From contig JAUYHT010000002.1 of NCBI GenBank assembly GCA_030688545.1, positions 150,001 through 182,000 of the forward strand: DNA of 32,000 nt, read 5' to 3'. The stretch's first letter is position 1; every line of letters starts with the position of its first letter. The notes beneath the pieces are model-generated. The model saw nothing but the letters and a program-made list of their open reading frames with translations, was not told the DNA's origin and searched no databases. Shown here in pieces: positions 30,540 through 32,000 of the stretch. A program made the position numbers and the translations under genes. Source of the DNA: Candidatus Iainarchaeum sp. (lineage in GTDB: Archaea; Iainarchaeota; Iainarchaeia; Iainarchaeales; VGJJ01).

Positions 30540-30884
30540 ATGTTGGAACAAGGACCCATGTCCGTGGAAAAATGGAAAGAAACCATGCATGCGGGTATAC
30601 GTCGGTGGAAAGGGGTCACGCAGGAACGGAAGGGGTTGGGGGACATCTTCCATGTGAATGGGAAGGTATTCGCCGAGACGCATGACACCATGCGCCTCAT
30701 CCAGATGCGCGTGCGCTTACCTAAGACGCATCAAGGACGGGCAATCCAATTAGGGATGGCCGAACCCTCTCGAAATCCCATAGCTGCCAAGGAGGGATGG
30801 GTGGAGATCGAAGTGGATTCCGATACCGCCCTCCAGAACGCCCTCACCCTGGCCCGGCAAGGGTACATGGGGGTGGCGCGATAA
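30540..30884 (+). CDS. small hypothetical protein (YjbR/DUF5519-like by eye)
   Basis: DIFHVNGKVFAETHD...MRVRLP....EGWVEIEVDSDTALQNALTLARQGY. This is a weak family impression only. Confidence 0.45.
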   Translation: MLEQGPMSVEKWKETMHAGIRRWKGVTQERKGLGDIFHVNGKVFAETHDTMRLIQMRVRLPKTHQGRAIQLGMAEPSRNPIAAKEGWVEIEVDSDTALQNALTLARQGYMGVAR

Positions 30885-30980
30885 GCTAACGGTGAAATAA
30901 ATAATTAGGTTTCAAAACCAAAAATAATATTTCCGAGAAAGAAGAAAACAGTTCCAATGGCTGTCCAACTTTCATTGGCC

Positions 30981-31436
30981 TCAATCCGGTAGCTCGTATT
31001 CCACATAGGGTTGTTCGGACGAATAGATGGATTCCAGCCACGTCGAGGTGAGGGGCCCGATGCCCCGGAAGGTTTGGAAGCATTCCCTCAGGTCGGGAGC
31101 TAATACGGGTGATTTTTTGATTTCCTCCTTCGCGTGAGCGATCCAGTTCAAGACCGTTTCATGGTTGTCCCTCAGTTCCGCGCATTTCCTGGCATTGATG
31201 AGGACAGAATGAATCTTCCATGGGTTTTTTATCATTCCGGGAGCGCGGAGGAAGGGTTCGAGGTCATTCTCATCCATTTTGGATAATCTATCGATATTGA
31301 AATGAAAGAATGCCTTCTCAATCTGCGGCCATTTCGCCTCCACCACTTTGTAGTTGAACCGCACCACGAACACGATGAATGACACCTGATTCAGGAAGTT
31401 ATCATCGGTCTTCGCTTTGTAGGCGCGCTTTTTCAT
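30981..31436 (-). CDS. DNA-3-methyladenine glycosylase I (Tag)-like helix-hairpin-helix protein, divergent
   Basis: AFFHFNIDRLSKMDENDLEPFLRAPGMIKNPWKIHSVLINARK aligns by eye with the Tag block CFHQFDPVKVAAMQEEDVERLVQDAGIIRHRGKIQAIIGNAR. A GTTAAAAGG box (31460-31466, minus strand) lies about 28 nt upstream of ATG 31436. Confidence 0.55.
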   Translation of the reverse strand: MKKRAYKAKTDDNFLNQVSFIVFVVRFNYKVVEAKWPQIEKAFFHFNIDRLSKMDENDLEPFLRAPGMIKNPWKIHSVLINARKCAELRDNHETVLNWIAHAKEEIKKSPVLAPDLRECFQTFRGIGPLTSTWLESIYSSEQPYVEYELPD

Positions 31437-31500
31437 ACGATCATTCCGCCAAAGACCCCTTTTAACTCGAACGAGGGCGCGCCGCCGCGATCCCAAAGGA

Positions 31501-31508
31501 TTTTATAT
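31501..31508 (+). promoter_or_regulatory. TATA-like box for the 31529 gene
   Basis: TTTTATAT lies about 25 nt upstream of ATG 31529. Confidence 0.4.
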
Positions 31509-31528
31509 CCGCCCCCCCTTTCCCCAGA

Positions 31529-31816
31529 ATGGCATCTAATCCACCCCCCCGACGCCCAGATTTGGAAAGGTTGAAAGAAGGGTGGAATGCGTTTGTGAAA
31601 GCAAACGGTGGAAAAGAGACGAGGAAATTGTTGATCAAATGGTACCAACATTGTGGGTTTTCCAAAGCTGAAGCTGAGGTGGCAGTCAGACTTCATAAAA
31701 TCGAAATCGCCCGGGCCGAGATGGCTGAACGCATGAGGAAAGAACATGAACGCATCAATCCCCCAAAACCCTCTAAGCCCCCCAAACCCCCCAGGCGTCG
31801 CCCGGGTTCCCGTTGA
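31529..31816 (+). CDS. hypothetical helical protein with a Pro/Lys-rich tail
   Basis: 95-aa ORF with a TATA box at leaderless spacing. The tail is INPPKPSKPPKPPRRRPGSR. Confidence 0.45.
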   Translation: MASNPPPRRPDLERLKEGWNAFVKANGGKETRKLLIKWYQHCGFSKAEAEVAVRLHKIEIARAEMAERMRKEHERINPPKPSKPPKPPRRRPGSR

Positions 31817-31856
31817 ACCTTTTTTCAGGGAAGGCTTTTAATCGGCTTCCCGCCCC

Positions 31857-32000
31857 ATGCAGGACATGACCACACCCTTCTTGGATCCCTGGGGGGATAA
31901 TCTCATCGCGGATTATTCCAGGGTGGCCACGCATTTCGGTTTGGAACCATTCGACGCCAAACTATTCCCCCAGCCCAACCGACTCATGCGCCGGGGCATC
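31857..32000 (+). CDS. trpS: tryptophanyl-tRNA synthetase, 5' end (continues beyond the window)
   Basis: Open frame MQDMTTPFLDPWGDNLIADYSRVATHFGLEPFDAKLFPQPNRLMRRGI. It fits the archaeal/eukaryal TrpRS N-terminus pattern (T/D)PW...DY..L...FG....RRG. ATGs at 31857 and 31866. Confidence 0.7.
   Translation, partial: MQDMTTPFLDPWGDNLIADYSRVATHFGLEPFDAKLFPQPNRLMRRGI

Noticed and set aside
1-32000. tRNA, rRNA, SRP RNA or RNase P RNA genes
   Set aside because: I scanned the intergenic regions by eye for T-arm (GGTTCGAATCC-like) and acceptor-stem features and found none. A proper tRNAscan-SE/Infernal run is needed to be certain, especially for 19700-20345 and 27959-28336.

Overview
The gene content looks archaeal: diphthine synthase, Trm5/Taw2-type methyltransferase, NucS/EndoMS, DUF63, DUF357, a single-domain KaiC-like ATPase, Trm112, and an Lhr-type helicase with its phosphoesterase partner. 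A/T-rich TATA-like boxes sit about 25-30 nt upstream of many ATGs, which suggests mostly leaderless mRNAs. The small compact genes and split transporters suggest a reduced, uncultivated (DPANN-like) lineage; this is inference only. About 45 CDS are supported, mostly housekeeping: trx, VIT1, scpA, tmk-adk-trm5 operon, dph5, RecJ-like DHH, M24 peptidase, nucS, enolase-like, lhr+MPE, TraB, CDP-alcohol phosphatidyltransferase, split MgtE/SLC41-like transporter with a PhoU/TrkA-C protein, and the trpS 5' end. I saw no rRNA, tRNA, CRISPR array or transposase. Five things are most worth a second look. (1) Three copies of a ~60-nt GC-rich element at 13064-13339 have fully compensated stem changes and two mutually exclusive helices; this is a candidate new structured RNA or hairpin repeat. 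(2) The enolase homologue has four catalytic or metal-ligand positions substituted. (3) A head-to-tail array of five ~31-bp A/T-rich hairpin units lies at 2001-2160. (4) Two tandem paralogous secreted proteins sit downstream of the KaiC-like ATPase, preceded by a 10-codon uORF. (5) A 650-bp gene-free region upstream of lhr carries two plus-strand hairpin-plus-oligo-T signals. All product calls come from motif recognition by eye; no database searches were run.
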